Part shown: positions 23,601-41,022 of the stretch, one piece after another
How positions within the stretch are numbered: the stretch's first letter is position 1
Layout of the letters: the number at the start of each line of letters is the position of its first letter
NCBI RefSeq assembly: GCF_009914755.1
Contig: NC_060942.1
Reading direction: 5' to 3' (one strand)
DNA from: the human T2T-CHM13v2.0 reference genome, Homo sapiens
Length of the DNA stretch: 64,000 bases
Position numbers and translations under genes: made by a program
The notes under the pieces: model-generated
Told to the model about the DNA's origin: nothing
Databases searched by the model: none
What the model saw: the letters and a program-made list of their open reading frames with translations, nothing else

Positions 23601-25094
23601 TTAAAATTCAATGGTGTCTATTTCATGTGGTTCCTTTACCTTTCCTTTGTTCCCTACCCTTTCTCAATCTTTCCCTTCTGTTTTCATTTATCATGAAGAT
23701 TTAGAAAGATGCTGATACTAAGGAAGGTTGTATGAATAATTTTTGTGACATTGCTGAACTGATGATCCTTGATCATTTGCCACCCGTGTTGTAGAAATTG
23801 TAGTTGCAAAATGAAAAGATGATTCTAGTCTGAAATAAAATTTCAAAAATGAGTCAGCTACAGGGAAGGAAAGACAAAGGTGGAAACAAAAAACCTCATA
23901 GTAAAATGTTTTATTTCCATTTGTTTCCAGTGCCTTACTGATGTGAGGGGCAAGTAGGAAGCTAATACATCTCACTTTAGCAGTACTAATTGTTTGCATT
24001 ATCACAATAATCAAATGCAGCCATATTAATGTCTCTGGTTATTAACTTGATTTTTACACATTAAGATTTAGATTTAATCCCCTGGGACCATCTATTAATG
24101 CTTTTAAAGTTGAAGGGTTTCAACAGTTTTAAGTTCTTTCCCTTCTTTTAGCTGCAGGCAGTAAAATTTGAACGGGTGTGGAGTTTTGTATTTTGCATTC
24201 CTGGGGGATTTTCAGAGACAGTGCTGTCAAGGACCATGAATCATGTTAATACATAGCAACCTCTACAGCTATTAAAATGTCTGCAATAATGTGATTATTT
24301 TAAAATGGAAAAACTAATATCACATGTGTTACTTAAAGATCAACTATTCTTTTAAAGTCACAGACAGAATGCATTTGGAAGAAAAAAAAATGAAATTGTT
24401 TTTGTATGCAGCCAAAATGTGAAATGTCTCATCTATTGAGAAAGAAAACTTTCAGCTCCTTTTACAAAATACATCCTTACTGAGCTTCAGGTCAACAGAG
24501 CATAAAAATGGCAAAAAGTCCAAGATCAATAAGCATGAAAAGCTGTTTTATTTCTGTTTGAGCAAGTTGTAGCGACAATGACCTGCTGGAACAGTCTCTA
24601 GTTTTATGCTTTCATAGTCACAGAATGATGACATCCAAGCAGAAAACAGAGCTTGGCCTGTTCTGATGAGCTGTCAGTGTGGAGCCAACATTACAACTTG
24701 CCTTCCATTGGTTGAGGGCTCAGCCTTTAGAAATTTATTAAAATTATTTATAGGCAGATGCATAGGTAAACATTATCCAGGTCATTATATGGGGCATTTG
24801 TATCATACCAATACAAGAAGAATAAGAGCACATTTCTTTTCATTGCTTTTAAAGGGATCTAAATTATTGTAGCCCTCGTGGTTTCTATGTTGATTTTTTT
24901 AAAAGTAAGGATACAAGTTAATGTGTGCTTGTTACAAATATCTCATTATATCAACAATACCAGAGGCCTGAAATAATCTACCCCATAAATGATCAATATT
25001 TCTAGGATTGTCATGGTATTGTCTTATTTCTGAAATTTCTTTCTCAAAACAGTATGCATGTTACTATGTATATTTCCTATAAAGAATATTTTTA

Positions 25095-25553
<459 letters not shown>

Positions 25554-26319
25554 TCAGACCCTGAGCAATATATGACTCTTTTTGACATTCCCTTAAAACA
25601 TTTAGGTGCATTCTGAAAAATATAATAGGAGCTCTTTCATTTCTTTTTATTGAGCAAAAGCCTTGCCTCGTTTCCAATATGCTTCCTTGGTATTGATGAC
25701 ATGCATACACATTAATTGTTCAATGGATGAAGAGTGCCAAATCACACTCAACTTCTGTTACCTAGAGATCAGTACATATGCAGCCTGTCTGGAGTTGAAG
25801 TCAGGCTAAAGGACACCAGAGTGACTGACTGACTTTAGAGTCCCCGGAAGAGCCACTTTTAGGCATTACCAATGTCCATCTGGCTGGAATGTCATTTACA
25901 GACCCTAACATGCAGTTGAAATCCTAATCACCCTTCTAAAAATGATCTCACTATCATAATATTCAGGGAAGTCAAATTACCTAGAAACTGCCCTACTCTT
26001 TGGAGTCTTAGAATGATACTAACAATAGGGATAAGCTGTGATAAAGGACGTTCACCTTTGTTTTGTCAACTATTTTGAGATGTTTACACTAAGAATTCTA
26101 CAGGCATAAAAATGGAACTGCCCTCCTAACAGTGTAGCGTCATATCTCACTAACTGGGCTGCCGCTTTCCTCAAATTATAGGCTGCTCCTTGTAGGGGGA
26201 GCTCAGAAGCCAGAGCAGAAGTTTCTGTATGAACCTGCCAAAGGCAAGAAGAACCTATTGCTTGCAGAGCCAGTTTCTGCATAGATGTGACCTCCTGGGT
26301 CCTTACCCCAACTCTGCAA

Positions 26320-26990
26320 GGCTGTGTGCCATTTTACAGACATGAGAAGGACTGGATAGGCTCGATAACTTGCCCAAAGTTACACAATTTGTAAGTGATG
26401 AAATGGGAACTCAAGTCTAGGTCTGTCATATTTCAAAATTCATGCTCTTTCTAGTAAATCATGCTGCCACCTGCCTGGGGTTGAGGTCTGTAACCTCATG
26501 CATAGGGCCCTTTACTCTTTTAACATGTCAGAGCTGGACCAAGCATGGAATTTGGACAGGCAGGGCTTTTAGAGTCTAAAGAAAGTTTGTTCCAAAGCCC
26601 AGCTCTGACCCTTACTGTATGGCCCCAGACAAGTTGTTAGCAATGGTAATAATAAGACACAGAAGAATGATAGCTACTATTCTCCAAGCATGGGCATGAC
26701 ATCAGGTAAGGGACAAGACACTTCACAAAACAGCTAATGTTACAGCAACACTTTGAGGTCAATATTATTTTCTCCATTATCAAATAAAGAAATGGAAGGA
26801 CAGAAAGGTATGAAATTTGCATAAGGTCTTGAAGCTAGTAACAGCTTCTGCTCTGATTCTTGGCTGTACTGATTTCTTATAAATTATAGAATATCTTAGA
26901 GCCTCCATATCTTCAAAATGAATTTGTGGGATTGTTGTGCTTATTAAGTGAAATAACATATGAAAGATTCCCAGTGCTATTCTAGATGAA
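26320..26990. mobile_element. Cluster of MIR SINE fragments
   Basis: Core motifs CCATTTTACAGA...AACTTGCCCAAAGTTACACA and CCAGCTCTGACCCTTACT... Confidence 0.6.
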
Positions 26991-27229
26991 TCACCCATGA
27001 TCAAGAGAGGTTGATTTTTTCATTCCACCGCCAAGAAAATAAAAGCGTATGTTCCTCAAACACTCCGCTCAGCCCCCTTGCCATGGCTAAGGCTGTTCTT
27101 ACTATTCCTACTCCATTGTAAAACTTCTGGTCTTTCTTCATATCTCCCCTCAAAACTAACTGTCTGCTCTTCCCTTTAAGAAGCACATGGCGTTTTACAC
27201 ATATTTTTGTTTATTACTGTGTCTTCCAT

Positions 27230-27967
27230 TGATACAGACAGGAGACAAGGAAATACTGGGTGGAAGAAGGCAGTTCCCTGGCAAAGGCCCCACCTTCAAG
27301 CCTGGAGACCCCTGGCCCTAAATGGGAACAGGCATTCCTGTTTCTGGGCCCCAAAGTTGCCTTTTGGCCTGCCATGCCCCCCTAACCTGTACCCATATAA
27401 ACCCAAAACCCCCAGCTCCATGAGGAGACAAACAGAAAGGCAGAAGAATGGCAGAATGGTGTGGCGGAGAGAACAGAAGGAGCATCTGAACACCAAGAGG
27501 AATTTGGCTGGGGAGAGGAGATCAGCCTCTGGACAGTTAAGCTCCAGGGGAAGGTCATCTTCCTGCTCCATCCCCTTCCCAGCTCCTCATCCATCCCACT
27601 GAGAGCAACCTCCACCACTCAATAAAACTCCCACATTCACCATCCTCAAGTCTGTGTAAGATCTGATTCTTCCTGGACACTGGACAAGGACCTGGGTACC
27701 AAGAGGGCACTGAGCTGGTTAACACTTAAGCCATCTGCAGATAGCAAAGCTAAAAGAAAGTACTGTAACACATGCCCACTTGGGCTCTGGGAATCTCAGG
27801 CACCCACTCCTAGATGCTACTGTGGGGCCAGAGCCCCAAGGTGCTTGCTCCAGCTCCTGCACCTGCCTGTCTGCATGCTCCCCCTCCTGTAAGGGGTTTG
27901 TGTGCACACAGCAGCCACAGCCCTGCTGCACATCCTGAGAGCAGGGTCAGGGAACTCTCCCATTTCA
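27230..27967 (+). mobile_element. MER50 ERV1 solo LTR
   Basis: TGATACAGACAGGAGACAAGGAAATACTGGG start, TATA-like CCATATAAA, AATAAA at 27621, ends ...CCCATTTCA; 4-bp TSD CCAT. Confidence 0.85.
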
Positions 27968-28994
27968 CCATGACATCAGGCTGTTCCAAGGCACAGACAA
28001 TACTTTATTTCTGCTTTCCTCAACACTAATTTTCTTCAGCACTTCTAAAACTCAGCAGTCATTCACCAAATTCTGGTTAAGTGCTCACACTCATTCAATC
28101 AGTGTTTACTGAACCCCCATATAAAAGCATCTCTTTACTGGATCTGAACAGTGGCTGACTGAGGGCTTCATGAACTTTTTAGAGGTGTCACAGAAGAATA
28201 TTATCATAGAGATAAGGCTACTTATTAACAAACTTCATTCCTTACCTCCCCAACTTAGATGGGCTGTGAGCCTGACTGAGCCTCTTGCTTGTAGCAGTGT
28301 GTGGGTGATGATAATAAATATTGGTTTGAAGCTTCCTTGTTCTGTCTATAGGTTAAAGTGAGTTAACCTCATTTGCAAGTGATGTTCTCTGACCTCATTT
28401 TTAATGGATGAGTGAAAAAGAAATGGCCGAGCAAATATCTAAAATCAGCATCAGCAAATACTGTTTCCTCTATTGTAATTTAAATGGAATAATTAATAAT
28501 GCACCCTATTCTCATTGGTTGGGAGCTGAGCCTGCCCAAGCTCAGGGAGGAGAGCAGGCACACAGGGTGATGATGTCTTAAAATTCACCCAGCCCTTCCC
28601 TTGTTCTCAGTAATCATCTAAATTACCCCCGTGGAATTGCAGCACACATCCTGTAGTGATTTCCAAGACCTCACCATTCTGCTCTTGAGGAGTTCTATCC
28701 TACTTGGGAGGCAAATTTACCTTCTTTGAAATAAACAAATAAAAACAACTAATAAACCCCAAACGAGACAACTTGAGTGAGCTTCCCTAGTTTCTCTCCT
28801 CTCCAATCCGTTCTCTGGTTCAACATCCATCTTCTCTTTTCACTTCTTTTTCAGATGATCAAGTCTTGTTTATTTTAAGCTGACCTCATCAATGAAACTC
28901 TTTTAATCTCTCTTATAACCTCTGCTGTCTCAGATCTGTCTCTTCTCCCTGGCATCTTTAGTTCCTCGCTCTGTGTTTACTCAATTTACCATGC

Positions 28995-29317
<323 letters not shown>

Positions 29318-29334
29318 TACTCTGTTTTCAAACA

Positions 29335-29527
29335 TGACACTTTTCCTTAAAGTGAAGTCCCCAAAACTAGCAGCAACATCCCCTAGGAACTCGTGAGAAA
29401 TGCAAATTCCTGAGGTTTCCCTCCCCCCACCAGACCTGTGGATTCAGAAATTCATGGGTGGAGTCCAGCGGTTCTGTTCAACAGACCCTCCAGGCAATTC
29501 TCACGTGCTGAAGCTTGAGGACTGCTA
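29335..29527. mobile_element. MER5A hAT-Charlie MITE
   Basis: AGCAGCAACATC...GAGAAATGCAAATTC...CAGAAATTC...CCCTCCAGGCAATTC...GCTTGAGGACTGC. Confidence 0.75.
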
Positions 29528-29699
29528 TCTTTTAAGAAAAGCCTCCTTGCATCTCTCTTTGGAGCTACTTCCAAATTCTCTTCCTTCTTTAACTGTGAAA
29601 GTTCTCTATCAAGCAATCTTCACCAATTGCTTTCTCACCTCCAATTTTTAGACTCATCTAAAATCATGCTTTCACAGATCACCAAATTACTTATTGCCT

Positions 29700-29935
29700 G
29701 AGCTGGGTGGTGAAACACACCCTGGAATCAGAGATAAAAAACCTGGCTTTGAACAGTGGTTCACTGCTGTCCAGCTGTGTGACTTAGGAAAATTACTTAC
29801 ACTCTAAGCCTCAGTGTCTTCACCTGCAAAGTGGGATTAACATTTTCTTTGCTGGATTATTGTGGAGATTGAGATAATTATGTGAAAGTATTATACATAG
29901 TATATAGTAGAAGCTTAATAAATGTTTGCTGAATT
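29700..29935 (+). mobile_element. MIR SINE
   Basis: AGCTGTGTGACTTAGGAAAATTACTT...CCTCAGTGTCTTCACCTGCAAAGTGGG...TTGTGGAGATT. Confidence 0.75.
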
Positions 29936-31111
29936 CAAATTTAAGTGGTATATACATTCGTGCAGACTTTAGAAATAAAAGCTTTCAGAGATTTCATGGG
30001 CAATGTGGTGAAAGATATGTCTTCAAAAACTGATTAAATACTCATTTACATGACATATCTTAAGGACTTTGGAAGTGTAATGTTCACTACGTCAATTAAC
30101 GATACTTTTAAAAACTGCTAAATATATATTTTCTATGATACTGAGTAATTTGTACTCATTTCCATATGGGGTTTCCATGCTCTTCTTTTGGCCTCAATAT
30201 CATTTGAATGCCATTTTTTACTCTATGGAAAATTAGCAGAAACCAGCAAAGAAACATTGTTTAGTATTGCTTTTTTCATTTTCATGGAACTGAAACCAAA
30301 TAAAATACATTATTGCAAGAGAGATTTAGAATAATCCCTGTAACCTCTTTTTTTTTTTTAATTTAAAAAAGGAGCAACTTGGGATTCCTGGGCAAGATGG
30401 CCAAGTAGGAACAGCTCCAGTCTGCAGCTCCCAGTGAGACCAACGCAGAAGGCGGGGTGATTTCTGCATTTCCAACTGAGGTACCCAGCTCATCACATTG
30501 GGACTGGTCAGACAGTGGATGCAGCCCACTGAGGGCGAGTAGAAGCAGGGTGGGGCATCGCCTCACCAGGGAAGTGCAAAGGGTCAGGGAACTCCGTCCC
30601 CTAGCCAAGGGAAGCCGTGAGGGACTGTGCCTTGAGGACAGGTGCACTCCAGCCCAGACACTACTTTTCCCGTGGTCTTCACAACCCGCAACAGGAGATT
30701 TCCTGTTGTATGTTCCTGGGTGCCTACCCCACCAGGGCCCTGGATTTCAAGCACAAAGCTGGGTGGCCGTTTGGGCAGACACCGAACTAGCTGAAAGAGG
30801 TTTTTTTGGTACCCCAGTGGCACCTGGAATGCAAGCGAGACAGAACCGTTCCCTCCCCTGGGAAGGGGGCTGAAGCCAGGGAGCTGGGTGGTCTTGCTCA
30901 GTGGATCCCACCCCCACAGAGCCCAACAAGCTAAGATCCACTAGCTTGAAATTCTTGCTCCCAGCACAGCAGTCTGAAGTTGACCTGGGACACTCGAGGT
31001 TGGTGCAGGGAGGGGCATCCACCATTACTGAGGCTTGAGTAGGCGGTTTTCCCCTCACCGTGTAAATAAAGCTGCTGGGAAGTTAGGACTGGGCGGAGCC
31101 CACCACAGTGC

Positions 31112-32119
31112 AAAAAGGCTGAAAATTCCAAAAACCGGAATGCCTCTTCTCCTCCAAAGGATCGCAAATCCTCACCAGCAAGTGAACAAAACTGGATGGA
31201 GAATGAGTTTCATGAGTTGACGGAAGTGGGCTTCAGAAGGTGGGTAATAACAAACTCCTACGAGCTAAAGGAGCATGTTCTAACCCAATGCAAGGAAGGT
31301 AAGAACCTTGATAAAAGGGTACAGGAACTGCTAACTAGAATAACCAGTTTAGAGAAGAAAATAAATGACCTGATGGAGCTGAAAAACACAGCATGAGAAC
31401 TTCATGAAGCATACACAAGTATCGATAGCCGAATTGATCAAGCAGAAGAAAGGGTATCAGAGAATGAAGATCAACATAATGAAATGAAGCATGAAGACAA
31501 GATTAGAGAAAAAAGAATGAAAAGGAATGAACAAAGCCTCCAAGAAATATGGGACTATGTGAAAAGACCAAACTTTCATTTGATGGGTATACCAGAAAGG
31601 GACAGGGAGAATGGAACCGAGTTGGAAAACACACTTCAGGATATTATCCAGGAGAACTTACCCAACCTAGCAAGACAGGCCAACATTCAAATTCAGGAAA
31701 TGCAGAGAACACCACAGAGATACTTCTCAAGAAGAGCAACTCCAAGACACATAATTGTCAGATACACCAAGGTTGAAATGAAGGAAAAAATGTTAAGGGC
31801 AGCCAGAGAGAAAGGTGTGGGTACCCCCAAAGGGAAGCCCATCAGACTAACAGCAGATCTCTCAGCAGAAACCCTACAAGCCAGAAGAGAGTGGGGGCCA
31901 ACATTCAATATTCTTAAAGAAAAGAATTTTCACCCCAGAATTTCATGTCCAGCCAAACTAAGCTTCATAAGTGAAGGAGAAATAAAATCCTTTACAGGCA
32001 AGAAAATGCTGAGGGATTTTGTCACCACTAGGCTTGCCTTACAAGAGCTCCTAAAGGAAGCACTAAATGTGGAAAAGAAAAACCAGTACCAGCCACTGCA
32101 AAAACATACAAAAATGTAA
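31112..32119 (+). pseudogene. L1 ORF1p remnant (start deleted, internal stop; C-terminal 211 aa still open)
   Basis: ORFs 31196-31396 (MENEFHELTEVGFRRW) and 31484-32119 (EQSLQEIWDYVKRPN...PIRLTADLSAETLQARREW) are L1 ORF1p coiled-coil/RRM/CTD sequence. Confidence 0.93.
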
Positions 32120-32182
32120 AGACCATCAACATTATGAAGAAACTGCATCAACTAATGGGCAAAATAACCAGTTAGCATCATA

Positions 32183-36340
<4,158 letters not shown>

Positions 36341-38176
36341 ACAATGAGAGCATATGGGCACAGGGAGGGGAACATCACACACTGGGGCCTGTTGCGGGGT
36401 TGGGGGAAAGGGGAGGGATAGCACAGGAGGAATACCCAATGTAGATGACGGGTTGATGGGTGCAGTAAACCACCATGGCACATGCATATCTGTGTAACAA
36501 ACCCGCATGTTCTGCACATGTATCCCAGAACTTAACTATAAAAAAAATTTACATAGAATTGGTACTGCCAAAAAAAAAGAAACAACTTTATTGAGATATT
36601 ATGTACATACCATAATATCTATCCATTTACCATTCAATGGTTTTGCTGTGTATTAACTTCTTTAAAAATTTGTAACCTCTTTAATCTCCATAAATCTGGT
36701 TTCCACCTTCATCCATCGGCTGTAAAAGGTGCTTTAGTTGTTCTTCACCAATTGAAAGAAATCTGTTGCTCTTCTGAGGATGCTTATCTTCACAGCCTCT
36801 CTGTTGTATTTAGTGTGTTTATTGCCCCCTCTTGGAAATATTGATTGTATGACAAGATGATATTTTTGAAAGTAACCAGTGTTTTCTTTTTTTCCCTCCA
36901 AGTTTCACCTTGCTGCTGCTCAGATTGCCCTCACGCCACTTTTTAGCAGGTTATTGGCCGGGGTTCATGGTCTCAGAGGAGGAGTATGACAGGGTAAAAA
37001 GCAGAAAGAAGACTGTGAATCTCTGGCTTTTAAAAATTCTTCTTCTACTTCATCCAAAAGCCTAACCTTTCAGAGAATGTAAAGGATTAAACAGAGGTAA
37101 AATATCAGATTAAGAGAAACAGGTATTTTCCCTTGGGTATAGACAAAGACTCCTTCAATTTGGGGTAAGAGGAAAAGTTAGAGGCAGCAGATGAAAAGAG
37201 GAGTTCAGTGAGTTTCAAAGATAGGGGTTTGGCTAGTTTGAGGGCCATGAGAGCAGGGAGACTGCACCCTCTTTCCCGGCAAAACCTGCCTCCACCCCAG
37301 ACACTGTAAAACCTTTGAGAGAGAGTGGTCGCCCGCCTCCTCTAAGTTGACAGGGCCATAAAGAGCCTTGCAGACATTCCTGGGCTCTCTCATCCTGCAA
37401 GAAATCCATGGTGGAACTGTCAGGCTGGAAGAGGAGCTACAGGCAGTAATGGGGACACAACAGTGAGGACCGCTGGAGTACAATGGCACACAGTCACGGA
37501 GAAAGGGAACAGAAGTCTCAAGGATCACATAAGGCCATCTCCATAAGCCCCTTGGAGTTTTGCGAACTCCAGAGAAGGAGGTCAGAACCGCAAATTCAGC
37601 AAAATGAACTTTCTGTCTCCTCTGGCAGAATGGAGGTTCATATGGAAGTTAATTTAAATTATACAAGAATAAAATTATACCTCTTTTATAAGTTGCTAGT
37701 GGACTACTAGCAGTTAACATCGACTTTATGTTGCAGTCCCCCTGTACTGTGGAATTCACTTATGCTCAGAATACACGACACCTATCTTCACTGTAGGGCC
37801 CCAAATGCATGCAGTGAAAGGCCAAGCTCATAGTGAAGCGTCAAGAATAGTTTCGGATGGAACCATTTCTACAGCACTAGTAAGTAAATTCTAGAGGCTG
37901 TTTTCAACTCTTTTCAGCTTCTTTCAATCCTCAATCCCCACCCCATCTCTACCCATGGCTCTCACTTGATGGTCCACGGCTCAGGAATGCGTGTGTGGCT
38001 GGCACTGTGCTGAGCACAGGGAATATGGTTGCCCATAGGACAGATGTGGCCTCAGGGAGGTCTGGTGGATATTTTAAAACATTATTGCACAAACATTGCA
38101 TTTATAATCAGTGCAATGAATATACATCATTATTTACAATGGGGGCCTATAACAGGGAGATGCTAACTAGACTAGA

Positions 38177-38543
38177 TGTATTAGTCTGTCACATTGCTAT
38201 AAAGAACTGCCTGAGACTGGGTAATTTATAAAGAAAATAGGTTAGATTGGCTCATGGTTCTGCAGGCTGTATAGAAGGCATGGCCTCAGGAAACTTTCAA
38301 TTATGGGGGAAGTCTAAGGGGAAGTAAGCACGTCTTACATGGCAGGAGCAGGAGGAAGAGAGTGAAGGGGGAGGGGCTACACTCTTTTAAACAATCAGAT
38401 CTGGTGAGAACTCACTATCACGAGAATAGCAAGGGGGGAATCCACCCCATGATCCAATCACCTCCCACCAGGCCCCTCCTCTGACATTGGGGATTACAAT
38501 TAGACATGACATTTGGGTGGGGACGCAAATCCAAACCATATTG
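38177..38543 (-). mobile_element. MSTA-like MaLR solo LTR
   Basis: TGTATTAGTC...GCTATAAAGAACTGCCTGAGACTGGGTAATTTAT...CCCATGATCCAATCACCTCCCACCAGG...CAAACCATAT; TSD CTAGA/CTAGG. Confidence 0.88.
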
Positions 38544-38653
38544 CTAGGTGTCTAGAGTAGTTCTCCCTGAAAACATGGCATTTAAGGTGAAACATGAAAA
38601 ATGAGTCAACGTGGGATAAGCTAAGAGAATAGGATGAGAGAGTTAGTGTTTCA

Positions 38654-39187
<534 letters not shown>

Positions 39188-39229
39188 CTAAACAGGGGAG
39201 AGACAAGGGCAGATTTGAAATTTGAAATG

Positions 39230-39790
39230 AGCAACTGCACTGAGACACCATTTTCATCCAATGTATTGAGAAAAAGTAAACCATATGATAATGACCAGGA
39301 TTGGTGAGGATGTGGCAATTAAACACTCTCACATGTTGTGGAAGCAAATGCAATTTGACGCCTCCTTTTTGAAGAACAATTTAGAAAATTTTAAGTGACC
39401 AAACAGTTTCACCAAGAGAAATATAACCATGAATATACTCTCAAAATACCATGATTTAGTAAGACAACGAAATTCAATGAAGCACAATCTTTTATTTTTT
39501 AAGACATGGGGTCTTGCTATGTTGCCCAGGCTGGCCTCAAACTCCTGGCCCAAGCATTCCTTCCACCTCAGCCTCCAAAAGTGCTGGAATTACAGGTGTG
39601 AGCCACCACACCCAGCTCCCATCATCTTTAATATTAATCATTTCAACAACAAAAACTGGAAACAATCTAAATGTTCATCAGTAGGGAACCAGCTAAACAA
39701 ATCCTGATACAGTCATGATGATTAAATACTAATGCTGCAGATCTGTTTGGACTGATATGGAAGATCTTAGAGGTATTGAAATCTGTGTAG
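39230..39790 (+). mobile_element. Old L1M 3' fragment containing a FLAM/Alu left monomer (39489-39617, minus)
   Basis: TGAGACACCATTTT...TTGGTGAGGATGTGG...AACTGGAAACAATCTAAATGTTCATCAGTAGGG; monomer GTCTTGCTATGTTGCCCAGGCTGG. Confidence 0.7.
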
Positions 39791-40724
39791 TATAATTTCA
39801 CTTACATACATACTGAATGGCAGCTATATATGTATGAAGATTATAAATTTACTTGTACTTTCAGATTCGGGTTACATTCTACAATCTCAAGAGCCATTTT
39901 GTGTGTTTCTGCTACACTGTTTCTTTACGTGTGACATGAATAGACATCTTTGCACCAGAGGCACTTTAGGATAAACCCCTGGGACATGTTTCAATGGGAC
40001 CTCACATGAGTAAAACATTGCTATCCAATGCTTATCTAGAAGATCAAATTCTTAATCAGAGACCTCCACTTGAAGCCCACATTTTCCTCTATAATCTTCT
40101 GAAAGACTTAACTGTCAGCTAGCTTATATGGTGATTTTTTAGCTTTTTAGTATTTTTTTTCCTATCCAGTAACACCATTTTTTTTAATAAGTGCTCTCCC
40201 CAGGGAATTAATTATTACCTTGAAGAGTATATTCATATAGTTCCATCAAGATATCTTAAAAATTATCAAACTCCTGACAGACACACTGTGCAGCTTTTAA
40301 AAATCATGTAATGTACGTGTGTAGATTTTTTCCAACACTATTGAATCAGAAAATTTTTATTTGGGGATAGAAGACATTCTCTTTATCTTTTTTTCCCTTC
40401 CTTCTTGCTCTCTCTTTGTTAAATGCAGAAATCAAACTCACTGGCTGCTAATATCCAATGTGCACGTACTCATGCAAACAGACGTGTTACAGTCCTGCGT
40501 GAGAAGAAATCCATGTCACAAAACAAAAGGAGCTCTATGGACATGGGGACTCATCTCCACGCTGGCATTTGTTTTGCAGAGAGGAGGTTCATTATAGCAC
40601 ATCTTGTTTGCGGTTTATAAAACTTCGAGGAACCTGGTAACCATGCGGTACCTCACTGAGAAATAACCATCCTACCTGGTTTCCATATCCACGTGAGGAA
40701 ACATAGAAAAAGAATGGAAAGGTG

Positions 40725-41022
40725 GGCCAGGCACGGTGGCTCATGCCTGTAATCTCAGCCCTTTGGGAAACCAAGTCAGGCCAATCACCTGAGCTCAGGA
40801 GGTCGAGACCAGCCTGGCCAACATGGTGAAACCCCGTCTCTACTAAAAACACACAAAAAATTATCTGGGTGTGGTGGCAGCTGCCTATAATCCCAGCTGC
40901 TCAGGAGGCTGAGGCAGGAGAATCACTTGAACCCAGGAGTCGGAGCTTGCAGTGAGCCGAGATCGTGCCACTGCACTCCAGCATGGGCGACAGAGCAGCA
41001 CTCCATCTCAAGAAAAAAAAAA
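40725..41022 (+). mobile_element. Alu (AluS-like)
   Basis: Full dimer, poly(A), TSD AAAGGTG. Confidence 0.95.

Noticed and set aside
31484-32119. 211-aa ORF as a host gene or an active L1 ORF1
   Set aside because: It is the C-terminal part of L1 ORF1p; the true start is deleted, there is an upstream stop and ORF2 is shattered.
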